Assembly: GCA_963768855.1 (NCBI GenBank)
Contig: CAVYJM010000018.1
Coordinates: 32,001-96,000, forward strand
Direction: 5' to 3'
From: an uncultured Thermoplasmata archaeon
Lineage (GTDB): Archaea; Thermoplasmatota; Thermoplasmata; RBG-16-68-12
Length of the DNA stretch: 64,000 bases
In this document: positions 38,437 to 49,135 of the stretch, piece by piece
Numbering within the stretch: position 1 is the first letter of the stretch
How the letters are laid out: the number at the start of each line of letters is the position of its first letter
Translations under genes and position numbers: made by a program
Notes under the pieces: model-generated
What the model was told of the DNA's origin: nothing
The model's database searches: none
Seen by the model: only the letters and a program-made list of their open reading frames with translations

Positions 38437-40170
38437 ATGAACAACGAGGTCCTGTATTCCGTCAAGGCTCAACGGGGACCCACGCTGCGGTGCAAGGGCT
38501 GGAAACAGGAGTCGCTCCTGCGGATGCTCGAGAACAACATGGAGAATGCCGAAGCGCCCGAGCGGCTGGTGATCTACGGAGGCATCGGGAAGTGCGCCCG
38601 CAACTGGGAGTCGTATCATGCCATCGTCGATGCCTTGCTCCATCTGGAGAACGACGAGACGCTGGCCATCCAATCGGGCATGCCCGTGGCCGTCTTCAAG
38701 ACGCATCGGCTGGCCCCGCGGGTCGTGATGGCGAACACGAACATCATGAAGGCCACGTGGCCCATCTTCTACGACCTGCAGGACAAGAACCTGACCATGT
38801 TCGCCCAGTACACGGCAGGCCCGTGGGAGTACATCGGCACGCAAGGGGTGATCCAGGGCACGTTCGAGACCCTGGCCGCGATCGGATCGCAGCACTTCGG
38901 AGGATCCCTCGTCGGCCGGATCCTGTTCACCGCCGGCCTGGGAGGCATGGGCGCGAACCAGCCGCGGGCGATGACCATGCATGGAGGCGTCTGCCTCGTC
39001 GTCGATGCGAACCCGGACATCGTGCCGCTGCGGATCCGGAAGGGGTTCCTCGACGTGCAGGTCGACTCCCTCGAAGAGGGCATCGCGCAGGCCGAAGAGG
39101 CCAAGCGGGAGGGCCGTGCGCTCGGCATCGGATTGGTCGGGAACGCGGCGGAGTTGTTCCCCCGTGCCCTCGAGCTGGGCTGGCGACCGGACATCGTCAC
39201 CGAGATGTGCCCGTGCCACGACCCGCTGGCGTACATCGCCTCCGGATACACGCCCGCCCAGGCCGAAGCGGCGCGGCGACAAGATCGGGATCGCTATCTC
39301 CACGAGGCACGGGAGTCGATGAAGCGGCAGCTCGCTGCGATGTTGGGGTTCCACGCCCAAGGCGTCCAGGTGTTCGAGTACGGCACGAGCATCCGGAAGG
39401 AATGTCGCGACGCGGGCATGCCCGAGGCCGAGGTCATGCAGATCCCGGGGTTCGTGGCCGCATACATCCGGCCCCTGTTCATGGTCGGACGCGGGCCGTT
39501 TCGGTGGACGTGCCTCTCTGGAGAGCCCAAGGATCTGGCCACGCTCGACGGCCTCGTGCTCGAGATGTTCCCGAACGATGCGACGACGGTCAAGTGGATC
39601 ACGCTCGCCCGCAAGTCCCTGCCGATCGAAGGGCTGCCCGCCCGGGTCTGCTACCTGGGATTCGGGGAACGCAAGGCGTTCGGCCTTCGCGTGAACCGGT
39701 TGGTCCGGGAGCACGTGCTCGCCGGTCCGGTCGCCTTCTCGCGAGACAACCTGGATTCGGGATCGATCGTGAACCCCACCTTCGAATCGGAGAAGATGCG
39801 GGACGGGAGCGACCTCATCTCGGACTGGCCCTACCTGAACGCCTTGCTGAACACCGCGGCGATGGCGGACCTCGTCGCGATCCAGGCGAACTACTCGATG
39901 GGGGAGGCGGTCCACACGGGGGTCACGATGATCGCCGACGGGAGCGAGGAAGCGGACCTTCGCCTGGAGGCCTGCCTGACGACGGATTCGGGGATCGGGG
40001 TTGTCCGGCACGCCCAGGCCGGATACGAGACGGCTCGGCGCACGGCGGAGGGCACTGGTCCGTTGACGCACGAACGGATCCAAGTCCCGCTTTGGTGGAC
40101 CCCCCACGCAACCTTTGGCCCGGAGGCTGGGGCGCGGGACAGACGGGGACCCCACAACCGAGAGACCTGA
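38437..40170 (+). CDS. hutU: Urocanate hydratase family, divergent
   Basis: CKGWKQE, LVIYGG.GK.ARNW, YIGTQG, GLGGMG, RGPFRW. Confidence 0.85.
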   Translation: MNNEVLYSVKAQRGPTLRCKGWKQESLLRMLENNMENAEAPERLVIYGGIGKCARNWESYHAIVDALLHLENDETLAIQSGMPVAVFKTHRLAPRVVMANTNIMKATWPIFYDLQDKNLTMFAQYTAGPWEYIGTQGVIQGTFETLAAIGSQHFGGSLVGRILFTAGLGGMGANQPRAMTMHGGVCLVVDANPDIVPLRIRKGFLDVQVDSLEEGIAQAEEAKREGRALGIGLVGNAAELFPRALELGWRPDIVTEMCPCHDPLAYIASGYTPAQAEAARRQDRDRYLHEARESMKRQLAAMLGFHAQGVQVFEYGTSIRKECRDAGMPEAEVMQIPGFVAAYIRPLFMVGRGPFRWTCLSGEPKDLATLDGLVLEMFPNDATTVKWITLARKSLPIEGLPARVCYLGFGERKAFGLRVNRLVREHVLAGPVAFSRDNLDSGSIVNPTFESEKMRDGSDLISDWPYLNALLNTAAMADLVAIQANYSMGEAVHTGVTMIADGSEEADLRLEACLTTDSGIGVVRHAQAGYETARRTAEGTGPLTHERIQVPLWWTPHATFGPEAGARDRRGPHNRET

Positions 40171-40266
40171 GCGCGTTGCCGACTCTGCGCCGGCTCGGTT
40201 GCCGGAGCCCGGTGGGACCGCGAGGACCTGCCTGAATGCCCGCCCCGGGGTGATACCGGGTCCGCC

Positions 40267-42138
40267 TCACCCGAACTCGTCCGCGGGAACGCCTTCCGCG
40301 TGCCGTGGGACCTTACGGGTCACAACGTCGATCGCGAAGCTCGCGACGAGGACCACGGCACTCAGGAGGAGCACGACGCGGAGGGCTTCAGTGCCTCCTG
40401 CGACCGCCTCGAGCCCCGGGAGCACCGGAAACGCCCTTCCCGGGAACGAGCGCGGATAGGCCGTGAGCAGCACGAAGGTCACGACATCCACGACCGCGAC
40501 AAAGAGCCGCATGCCCAGGGAGCCGAGCTCGAAGAGATCGTACACGAGGAAGGCGACCGCTATGGACAAAGAGCCGAAGACCGCCACGGAGGGGGTGACA
40601 ACGTAGAGAGCCCCGGCGGCGACGTAGCACGTCAGGCCCACACCCAGAGCCAAGGAGTCGTTCCGCTCGATGGCCTTCCGGCGGTTCCGGCGCAGCCAGA
40701 TTGCGGACAGGGCGATGATCCCGAGGCTCACGAGGACCATGTAGTCCGTGATGCTAACGAGGAAGTCCTGCCCCGCCGCCGCGAGGAAGACGATGGGCGC
40801 AAGGACGAAGAGCCACGCCATTCGGGCGACGGACCGCGGCAGGAACCCATCCTCCCCCAGGGAGCCGATGTGTCTCGTCGCCGCGAGGAAGGCGGGCACG
40901 AAGGTCGTGAAGGTCGCGAGCATGAAAGCGAGGGCAGTCAGCAGCATCTGAGGTTTTCCCAGGACCGACTCGGTTACGTAGAGGGCCGGAATCTGGGAGG
41001 TGGAGAGGCCCGCGGGAGAGGGATTCGCAGCATACACAGAGAGCGCATAGAAGATGTTCACCGTGGCCGCGATCACAACGGTCGCGATCATCGCAATCCC
41101 GAAGTATCGATCCTTGTCCATCACATAGCCCCTCCGGAGCCACGAGACGACCGGGATTCGGGACGTATCGCGGGCCTCGCGGTCCAAGGCCTGGATCTCC
41201 TGGAAGCCGAAGAAGAGGATGTACAGGTACCCGGTGTTGACGATGATCGCCCCGACCCAGTCGAGGCCGGATGCTGCGGGAAACGCGAATAGGCCCCGGA
41301 AGTTCCAGCCCCCTGCGGAGCCGAGCATGTAGCTCTGGGCTACCAGGATCGCCACGAGCAGGGACGTGAAGGCGACCTGGGCGAGACCGATCGCCCGGAT
41401 GAACCGTCTCTCCAGGATCGAGTTCATGATGAACCAGAGGGCGAAGAGCCCGCCGATGACACCGACGATGAGGAAGGTCGGGAGGCCCCCGAGGCCGTAG
41501 CCCTGGAGAAGGGTGGGAAGATATCCGAAGACGAAGAGGACGAAGACGAGCACGCAGTAGGCCGCGAGGGCCGTGTTCGCCACGGCCATGGAGAAGCGGG
41601 AGATGAAGTAGCGTGCGCTCCGCACGCCGACGGCCACGCGGACGAAGGCCGGCCCGCCCACGGCGGAAAGGCCGTTCGTCTTCAGGACTCGGTAGCTGTC
41701 CGAGTTGTTCTTGGCCATGGCGACGGAAAGAATCGCCGCCAGGATCAGGGAGACGACGGAGACAATCTCGTACTCGAGGACATTCAGCGGGATGAGGAGG
41801 AACAAAGGGGATCCGAGTGTCGAACCGATGCCGATGGCCAGGATGGTTGTAAACCCATAGACCGGAGGGCGTTCGTCCGCGGGACCCCGCGCGGGCAGGG
41901 GGATTCGCACTCGGGTGAGGACCGAGGCGAGGAGAAGGCCGCCGGACAGGACGGCCGCCAGGAGCCCGACGAACGTCGCGGCGTCCGGAACCGAGAACGC
42001 ACCGAGCCCCACGACGCGCAGGGTGCCGAGCTCTCCCGCCATCCCGTAGACCGCGACGACGAGAACCAGGACACCCAGGGCCGCAGCCAGGATGCGCGCC
42101 AGACTGGCGGTGACCCGCAGAACCCTGGGCGCTTCCAT
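40267..42138 (-). CDS. APC/amino-acid permease-like transporter with N- and C-terminal extra TM segments
   Basis: AIGIGSTLGS, FFGFQEI, many TM helices. Confidence 0.75.
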   Translation of the reverse strand: MEAPRVLRVTASLARILAAALGVLVLVVAVYGMAGELGTLRVVGLGAFSVPDAATFVGLLAAVLSGGLLLASVLTRVRIPLPARGPADERPPVYGFTTILAIGIGSTLGSPLFLLIPLNVLEYEIVSVVSLILAAILSVAMAKNNSDSYRVLKTNGLSAVGGPAFVRVAVGVRSARYFISRFSMAVANTALAAYCVLVFVLFVFGYLPTLLQGYGLGGLPTFLIVGVIGGLFALWFIMNSILERRFIRAIGLAQVAFTSLLVAILVAQSYMLGSAGGWNFRGLFAFPAASGLDWVGAIIVNTGYLYILFFGFQEIQALDREARDTSRIPVVSWLRRGYVMDKDRYFGIAMIATVVIAATVNIFYALSVYAANPSPAGLSTSQIPALYVTESVLGKPQMLLTALAFMLATFTTFVPAFLAATRHIGSLGEDGFLPRSVARMAWLFVLAPIVFLAAAGQDFLVSITDYMVLVSLGIIALSAIWLRRNRRKAIERNDSLALGVGLTCYVAAGALYVVTPSVAVFGSLSIAVAFLVYDLFELGSLGMRLFVAVVDVVTFVLLTAYPRSFPGRAFPVLPGLEAVAGGTEALRVVLLLSAVVLVASFAIDVVTRKVPRHAEGVPADEFG

Positions 42139-42166
42139 CCTGCCTCGCCCTCCGGAAGTCCCTCCC

Positions 42167-42646
42167 TCAAGCCGACGGAGGGACGAGGACCGAATCCCCG
42201 AGGCTCCGAGAGGCCTGGCGCAGGGTGTACAGGGCAGCCAGGATCAAGAACAGGGCGAACGCGAACCCGAGCGCGGGGATGAGGGGGTCCGACATACCGG
42301 AGGAGGAGAGTCCGAGGGCCAGGTCCGCCAGGTAGCGTGCAATCTCGACGCGGGAGGTGAACCCGAGGATCGCGGGGACGAAGAGTACGAGCCCGACGAC
42401 GGTCAGGAGCGCGGCGAAGACGAGCTCCCCCGTGCCAATCAGGACCTGTCCCCACGGCGACAGGGGTCGGTGCCGCTCGAGGGAGGACAGGAAGTGTTTG
42501 ACGTCCCCGTCGTGGGACGCGAGGAGCCGCTCGCGGAGGCGTTTCGCGGTCGCCGGCTCCCAGCCTTCCTGGTCCCCGAGGGTCTTGATGTCGAGGATGA
42601 TGCGATCGATCGCCACATCCGCGGGATCGGAGGTGCTCCCGGCCAT
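42167..42646 (-). CDS. Hypothetical membrane protein
   Basis: Soluble N-term plus two TM helices; ATAAGT box 30 nt upstream. Confidence 0.7.
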   Translation of the reverse strand: MAGSTSDPADVAIDRIILDIKTLGDQEGWEPATAKRLRERLLASHDGDVKHFLSSLERHRPLSPWGQVLIGTGELVFAALLTVVGLVLFVPAILGFTSRVEIARYLADLALGLSSSGMSDPLIPALGFAFALFLILAALYTLRQASRSLGDSVLVPPSA

Positions 42647-42927
42647 GGCGGGGCACTCGCTCCCCAGCATACTTATGCGTTTCTCCGCGGCGCCGGCCCG
42701 GGCGCCTGCAAGCCCGAAGGCCAGCTGCGACAGACCGGGGGCGAGGTCCCCACACGATCCCCCGCTTCGCAGCCTCCTGCGCCCGGATGGCTGGCTTCAT
42801 CGCAGTGCAACCAGCCCAGCCTCCGGAGAATGATGGCCGGCATTCCCCTTGGATGAGTTGTCACCGCCGCGATTTTGGCATCGCAACGCTTATTATCAGG
42901 ACCCCGACTACGAACGACCGGGACGAT

Positions 42928-43446
42928 ATGGAGGTCCTTGAGGCCATTAAGTCGGTGAAGAGCGTGAGCAGGTACAAGCCGGACCCGGTCCCCGAGCAGA
43001 AAGTCCAGACGGTGGTCAATGCCGCGAGGCTCGCCCTCTCGGCGGACAACCTCCAGCCCTGGAAGTTCATCGTGGTCTCGGACGAGGACCGCAAGCGGAA
43101 GTTGGCGGGGATGACGACGAACAGCAAGAAGCTGCCCGACGCCCCGCTCATGGTCGTGGCCTGTGCTCGGCTCGATGAGGCCGTCGCGATGGTCGGCGGG
43201 TACATGAACTCGTACCCGGTCGACGTCGGCATGGCGGTCGCGCATCTCACCGTGGCGGCGACGAGTGAGGGGTTGGGGACCTCCTGGGTCTTCTCCTTCA
43301 ACGAGGAGAAGGTGAAGAACCTACTTGGCATCCCGGTGGATGCCCGCGTGGTGGGGTTGACCGCGCTGGGCTTCCCGGAGGCCTTCGAGCCTCCGGCCGG
43401 GCGCAAGCATCTGTCGGAGATCCTGTCGTACAACGCGTACGAATAA
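42928..43446 (+). CDS. Nitroreductase family protein
   Basis: AIKSVKSVSRYKPDPV, NLQPWKFIVV, EGLGTSW. Confidence 0.88.
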   Translation: MEVLEAIKSVKSVSRYKPDPVPEQKVQTVVNAARLALSADNLQPWKFIVVSDEDRKRKLAGMTTNSKKLPDAPLMVVACARLDEAVAMVGGYMNSYPVDVGMAVAHLTVAATSEGLGTSWVFSFNEEKVKNLLGIPVDARVVGLTALGFPEAFEPPAGRKHLSEILSYNAYE

Positions 43447-43487
43447 GGCGCTCCCATCGGTCCCGAACCCTCCTCGACGAGCGAAGG

Positions 43488-44744
43488 ATGGCCCTCCGCG
43501 CCCTCACCCCCGGCAAAGCCGCCTACTGCAGCGACTGTGGAGCGGCAGCCCTTCCGGACTCGGAGAAATGCGGGAAGTGTGGCGCCGCGTTCGAAGGGTT
43601 CATGGACGCCGTCCTGTGCCCGATCTGCAATTCCGTCAATCCGGCGGACACGAAGGAGTGCAAGAGGTGCTCTGCGAAGTTCCCCGAGATCCAGACCGTG
43701 GACGCGGTGGCGAAGCCACCGGAGGGGAGCCCGGAGGAGGAGTACCTCCGCAACATCCTGCGACTGAGCCGGGAGAAGGCGAAGGCCCGCGTAACGCAAG
43801 CCCCGCCACCGCCCTCCAGTTCATCCGCCGAACCCGTCTCGATGACGGAGGTCGACCGGGAGGACGGCGACCTCGACGCGTACCTCTGGAAGCTCGCCGA
43901 GCCTTTCGAAAAGATGATCGACCGGCGCAAGCAGCGCCTCGAGCAGATGGACGGGCTCATCGAGCGCGCCCGCGCGCGGATCAAGACCCTCGAGAGCTCG
44001 ACGAACGACCTCGAGGTGCGCGAACGCGAGGAGCTCAAGCGGCAGATCGAGGAGCTCCTCCTCGAGAAGGAGGACATCCTGAAGATCGAGGAGGGCCTCG
44101 TCGACATGGAAAACACGTACCGGAACATCCTGCGGATGCAGCAGGACGAGCTCAAGGCGAAGGAGTCGTCCCTGCGCGCGCGGATCGAAGCGTTCCGGAT
44201 GGAGCTCGAGAAGCGCGAGCGCACGTTCGGCCAGATGCGCGAGCGCGAGTCGGACATCGTCCGGCGCGAGGACGAGTTCCGGATGCTCATGAACCGGCTG
44301 CACGAGCGCGAGAGGGAGCTCGAGAAGCGCGAGGAGCTCCTGCACGACAAGGCGCGTCTGCTCGACGAGCGCCACCACGCGATGAGCGAGGCGGAGGTCG
44401 ACCTCGAGCGGCGGCGGTGGGCGCTGGAGCAGAAGGCCTCCATGGGGACTCCTCCTGGAAAGCCCAGCGAGACGATGATCACTGTCGGCCCGGCGGAGCA
44501 GGAGATGACGGACCTCAAGGCCCGGATGAGCCAGATGGAGGAGCAGCTCGAGAAGCTGCAGGCAGAGAAGGCAGAGCTCGCGAACGAGCAGAAGTCCCTC
44601 CAGGAGTTCCGCGATACGATCAAGAGCGTGATGAAAGACCTGGATGAGCTCCTCGGGGAACTGCCCGATGAGAAGATCCGCCGGTTCGCGAAGTCGGACC
44701 GGTTCGCAACCTACGAGAAGGTCATGGACACGTTGGAGCTGTGA
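43488..44744 (+). CDS. Double zinc-ribbon plus coiled-coil protein
   Basis: CSDC/CGKC and CPIC/CKRC; long E/R/K/L heptad region; C-term LLGELPDEKIRRFAKS motif. Confidence 0.8.
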   Translation: MALRALTPGKAAYCSDCGAAALPDSEKCGKCGAAFEGFMDAVLCPICNSVNPADTKECKRCSAKFPEIQTVDAVAKPPEGSPEEEYLRNILRLSREKAKARVTQAPPPPSSSSAEPVSMTEVDREDGDLDAYLWKLAEPFEKMIDRRKQRLEQMDGLIERARARIKTLESSTNDLEVREREELKRQIEELLLEKEDILKIEEGLVDMENTYRNILRMQQDELKAKESSLRARIEAFRMELEKRERTFGQMRERESDIVRREDEFRMLMNRLHERERELEKREELLHDKARLLDERHHAMSEAEVDLERRRWALEQKASMGTPPGKPSETMITVGPAEQEMTDLKARMSQMEEQLEKLQAEKAELANEQKSLQEFRDTIKSVMKDLDELLGELPDEKIRRFAKSDRFATYEKVMDTLEL

Positions 44745-44746
44745 GG

Positions 44747-47700
44747 ATGCCCGGCCTCCGTGAGAAAGCCCGCAAAACCCTCGAGAGCGGGGAGGGTGAG
44801 GCCGAGGAGCCGGAGGCACCGACCGTCGTCCGGTTTGACGCGCAGCTCGCGGAACTCGAGGCGAACGCGAAGGCGCGTGAGGGCGAGCTGCTCCGTGATC
44901 TCGACGAGCTCCGGAAGCTCTCCGAGGCGAAGACCGCGCAGATCGTCAAGCAGGAGAACGCGCTGACGACCGCGCAGGACAAGTTGAAGGACCTCGAAGA
45001 GGAGAACAGCGAGCTCGCCGAGGACGCGAAGAAGGCCTCCAAGTCGATGGAGGAGCTGCGCGAGCAGCTCGCGGAGGCCCACGTCGAGCTCGAGACCCTC
45101 CACCGCTCGAAGGAAGCGGCGCAGGACACTTCGGTCGCAGTCAAGCAGCTCGACGCCCGCCGCACGTCGCTCGAGACGCGCGAGGGATCCCTGAAGACGC
45201 GGGAGGATGCGCTGAAGAAGCGTGAGGCGGACCTGGAGCGAGCCGTGGCGACGCTCGACTCGCGCAACAAGGACCTGAAGGCGCGGGAGTCGACCGTGTG
45301 GGCGAAGCAGGAGCAGCTCGACGCGATCGCGCGCGTCGTGAAGGCGGCCGAGAAGGAAGTCGCCGGTGCGAGGGCCCAGGTCGAGGCCCGCGAGGCCGAG
45401 CTCGTCGAGGCCCGGAAGAGCCTGCAAGGCGCCGCGGAGAAGCGAGCGGCGGACCTCGAGCAGGAGATCAAGCTCCGCGACAAGGACCTCGCGAAGCTCC
45501 GCAAGGAGCTCGAGAACGTGAAGGCGGACGAGGAGGACCTCCGTCGTTCAGCCCAGGAACGGGAAATCCAGCTCACCGAACAGGTCACGAAGACGCACAA
45601 CGCGGTGGAGCAGGAGAAGGAGAAGGCATCCCGCCTCCAGGGCGAGATCGACGACCTCCGGCGCCGGGCCGGGAAAGCGGGGGAGCTCACCGCGAAGGAG
45701 GCGGACCTCAAGGCGCAGTGGTCCAGCCTCGACGCGAAGACGCAGGATCTCTCGGACCGCGAGGCGGAGGTCGCCGCGCAGCTCAAGGAGCTGAAGGTCC
45801 GCGAGGAGGACGCCCAGAGGACGGCCCGGGCGGCGGCGGAGAAATCGCTCGAGGCAGAGAAGCAACTCCGGGCAGTCAAGGACCGGGAGCGCGCGGTCGA
45901 GAAGGCGGAGAAGAAGGGCAAGGATGCGGCGGACAAAGTCGCGTCGGACCAGAAGGCCAAGGAGGTCGCCTGGGCCGCGGAGCTCGACGACCTGCGGAAG
46001 GCGATGACGGCCCGGGACCGGGACCTCGCGAAGCGCGACAAGGAGCTCGAATCGCTCCAGGGCGCGGTCAAGGCGGCGAAGGACGGGCTCCAGCGCCGCG
46101 AACTCGAACTCACCACGGAACTCACCCGCGCGAAGGCGGACCTTGACGGGGCCCGGGGTCAGGCCGAGGTCCTGGAACGGGAGCTCAAGGACGCGCGCAG
46201 CGGGACCGCGAAGGCCGGCGATCTCACGGCTCGGGAGGCATCCCTAGAGCGAACCCGCGCCGAGCTCGCGGAGCGCGAGAAGCAGATGGTGCAGGGCCGC
46301 GCGGACCTCGAGTCCCGCCTCAAGATCACACAGCGACGCGAGGAGGAACTCGAACGGCGCGAGGCAGTGCTCGCGAAGGCCGAGTCCGAATCCCAGACGG
46401 GGCTCCGGGGCCTGCGCGACCGCGAGCGCGAGGTCGTCCGCATCGAGAAGCGCGTCGACGACAAGACGAAGTCGTTCGACGCTCGAATCGCACGGCGCGA
46501 CCAGGAACTCCAAGAACGGCAGGATGCGCTCGCGAACCTGAAGCGGGACCTCGAGTCCCAGTCCGAATCCCTCAAGAAGGAGGCCCGCGAGATGACGGAG
46601 CTCCGAGAGGAGCTTGAGGCGCGGGCCGCGGACCTAGACCGCCGCGGGTCCGCGCTGGACGCCGCAGCGGACGAGGCTGCCACGACCCAGGTGGCACTGA
46701 AGGCCCGCGAGGATGCGGTCGCGAAGCGGGAGACCGTTTCGGCCGCCCTCGAGACGGACCTCCAGGCCCGCGAGGACCGGCTCGAGAAGGCCCTCGGCAA
46801 GCTCGAGAGCGAGAAGTCGGCGCTCGACAAGGTCCGCGAGGACCTCGCCGCGAGGCGCTCCGAGCTCGAGCGGATGCAGAAGGGGATCAAGCTCACCAGC
46901 TCCCAGATCGACGAACGCGAGGCCGGGCTCCTCAAGCGCGAGCAGGAGCTCGCGGAGGAGGCGAAGGGGCTCGAGGCCGCACGGGCCCAGGCGAAGGCGG
47001 CCCTCGAGGAGGTCCGCAAGGCCGAGCGCCTCGTGCAGCGGCGGGAGTCGCTCCTCGCGCGGCGGGAGGATGAGCAGAAAGAGGTCGCCGGGGCGCAGAT
47101 GGCCGTCGAGAAGGAACTCAAGGCTCGCCGGGCGGCTCTCGACCACGAGACCGCCGAGCTCGAGCAGCGGCGCCAACAGCTCGAGGGCCGCGGCAAGGAC
47201 CTCGACCTCCGCGAGAAGGAGTTCCGGTCCGCCGTGGAGGGCCACAAGGCCACGCTGGCCAAGTTCGAATCACGTGTCGAGGATCTGGAGACGCGGGAGG
47301 ACACACTCGCCTCCCGGGAAGCCGAAGTGGATCACCGGGAAGCGGGGCTCGCCAAGGGCCGCGCCGAGCTCAAGGACGGCCTCGCGGAGCTCGAGAAGTC
47401 CCGCAGGGCACTCGAGTCCGAGCGCAAGTCCCTCGATGCCGCGCGCGCGGACCTGACCTCGAAGATGCAGGGCGCGGAAGCCCGGCTACGGGAGATCACC
47501 GCGACGGAGGCCACGCTCGCGGAGCGGGAGAAGGCCGCCGAGGCCGCGGACGCAGACCTCACGAAGCGCGAGAAGGCCCTCGAGGCGGAGACGAAGGAGC
47601 TCGCGGAAGCCCAGTCGACCGCCGACGCGGACCTGCGCCGGCGGGAGGGCGAGACCCGCGCCGAGCTCCAGCAGGCGCGGCGGCTCATCGCGATCACGGA

Positions 47701-49135
47701 GAAGAAGGAGAAGGACCTCGGCCTGCGGGAGACCTCCCTCCGGGGAAAGGAGGAGGAGCTGCGGCGGCTCGAGGCCGACCTGGACCGCCGGGAGGCCGCC
47801 CTCGACGTCACCCAGAAGTCGCTGTCGCAGAAGGAGACGGTCCTCGGAGATCTCGACGGCCGCCTCGGCCAGCGGGGTAAAGAGCTCACGCGACGCGAGC
47901 AGAAGCTCGAGGAGGACGCGACGAGCCTGACGGCTCGCGCGAAGGAGCTGGAGACCACGCTGCACCAGCAGGGCCAGGAGGCGAAGGAGATCGCGGCCGC
48001 GCAGAAGGACCTCGCGCGGATGCGCTCGTCGCTGACCGTCCTCGACAAGAAGATCCGTTCCGAATCCAAACACCTCGAGCAGCGGCTCGAAACCCTGAAG
48101 GCGAAGGAGGCGGAGCTCTCCGCGCTCGAGGAGCGCCAGGCGACCGCAGGAAGCGAGCTGGCCGGCCGCGAGGAGGACCTGAAGGAGAAGCTCTCCGACC
48201 TAGCGAAAGCCTCCGCCGGTGTCGAGGACCAGCGGGCCGAGCTAGCAAAGCGCGATTCAGGCCTCCAGGTGCTCGCCGCCACCCTAGAGAAGCGCGAGGA
48301 GGACGCGGACCGCCAAGGCCAGGCGCTCGCGAAGAAGGCCTCCGATCTCGAGAAGGCTCTCGCGGAGGTCAAGGAGGAACGGGTGCGCCTCCTGGCCGAT
48401 ACCCGTCGAGCCGCGGAGGAGACCCGGGCGCTCGGTCGCGCGCGCCTCGAGATGGCCAAGCGGGAGAAGACCGTCGAGGCCGCGGCCGCCGCCGTCCGGT
48501 CGCGCGAGGACGAGGCCGCGGACATGAAGTCCAAGGCCATGACGCTCCTGAAGTACGCGGAGAAGAACGCGGAAGCGAAACGCGGAGAGCTCGAGGAGCG
48601 GATGGAAGGCGAGCAGACCCTATTGGAAGAACAGCGCGCCTCCCTTGAGGAGGTGGCCCGCGCCCGCGAGGACCTTGACCAGCGCCAGCACCGGCTGGAC
48701 ACCGCCAAGGCGGAGCACGACGCCCGCGCCAAGGCGCTCGAGGCGCGCGACGCCCGGCTGAAGCAGGCCGAGGCGGCCACCGCGAAGGAGCGGGCCGAGC
48801 TGAAGTCCCTGTGGAAGAACCTCGAGGCGGAGGGCTCGCGGGTCGCCCGGAAGGAGGAAGCGATCGAGCTGCTCGTCGCGAAGATGCTCGAGAAGGAGCG
48901 CGAGACGCTCGAGGAAGAGACGCACAAGGTGCACTCGATGGCCTCGGACCTGAAGAACAAGGACCGCTCCCTGGAGAAGGAGCAGGGCCGGCTGACCGCG
49001 CTGGAGCGGGACCTCCAGGGCCTCAAGGGGAGCCTCGAGTCGCGGGAGCGCGCAATCCGTGCGCAGGAAGAGGAGCTCGAGCGCCGGCGGGAGGACATCC
49101 GCCGGATGCGCGAGCAGATCGAGGAACTCCTCTGA
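44747..49135 (+). CDS. 1462-aa uninterrupted coiled-coil protein
   Basis: Continuous heptad RE-x-x-L-x-x repeats; no P-loop, hinge or TM seen. Confidence 0.85.
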   Translation: MPGLREKARKTLESGEGEAEEPEAPTVVRFDAQLAELEANAKAREGELLRDLDELRKLSEAKTAQIVKQENALTTAQDKLKDLEEENSELAEDAKKASKSMEELREQLAEAHVELETLHRSKEAAQDTSVAVKQLDARRTSLETREGSLKTREDALKKREADLERAVATLDSRNKDLKARESTVWAKQEQLDAIARVVKAAEKEVAGARAQVEAREAELVEARKSLQGAAEKRAADLEQEIKLRDKDLAKLRKELENVKADEEDLRRSAQEREIQLTEQVTKTHNAVEQEKEKASRLQGEIDDLRRRAGKAGELTAKEADLKAQWSSLDAKTQDLSDREAEVAAQLKELKVREEDAQRTARAAAEKSLEAEKQLRAVKDRERAVEKAEKKGKDAADKVASDQKAKEVAWAAELDDLRKAMTARDRDLAKRDKELESLQGAVKAAKDGLQRRELELTTELTRAKADLDGARGQAEVLERELKDARSGTAKAGDLTAREASLERTRAELAEREKQMVQGRADLESRLKITQRREEELERREAVLAKAESESQTGLRGLRDREREVVRIEKRVDDKTKSFDARIARRDQELQERQDALANLKRDLESQSESLKKEAREMTELREELEARAADLDRRGSALDAAADEAATTQVALKAREDAVAKRETVSAALETDLQAREDRLEKALGKLESEKSALDKVREDLAARRSELERMQKGIKLTSSQIDEREAGLLKREQELAEEAKGLEAARAQAKAALEEVRKAERLVQRRESLLARREDEQKEVAGAQMAVEKELKARRAALDHETAELEQRRQQLEGRGKDLDLREKEFRSAVEGHKATLAKFESRVEDLETREDTLASREAEVDHREAGLAKGRAELKDGLAELEKSRRALESERKSLDAARADLTSKMQGAEARLREITATEATLAEREKAAEAADADLTKREKALEAETKELAEAQSTADADLRRREGETRAELQQARRLIAITEKKEKDLGLRETSLRGKEEELRRLEADLDRREAALDVTQKSLSQKETVLGDLDGRLGQRGKELTRREQKLEEDATSLTARAKELETTLHQQGQEAKEIAAAQKDLARMRSSLTVLDKKIRSESKHLEQRLETLKAKEAELSALEERQATAGSELAGREEDLKEKLSDLAKASAGVEDQRAELAKRDSGLQVLAATLEKREEDADRQGQALAKKASDLEKALAEVKEERVRLLADTRRAAEETRALGRARLEMAKREKTVEAAAAAVRSREDEAADMKSKAMTLLKYAEKNAEAKRGELEERMEGEQTLLEEQRASLEEVARAREDLDQRQHRLDTAKAEHDARAKALEARDARLKQAEAATAKERAELKSLWKNLEAEGSRVARKEEAIELLVAKMLEKERETLEEETHKVHSMASDLKNKDRSLEKEQGRLTALERDLQGLKGSLESRERAIRAQEEELERRREDIRRMREQIEELL

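Noticed and set aside
44747-49135. SMC/Rad50 or tape-measure protein
   Set aside because: No Walker A/B, signature, hinge or zinc hook; no phage genes nearby
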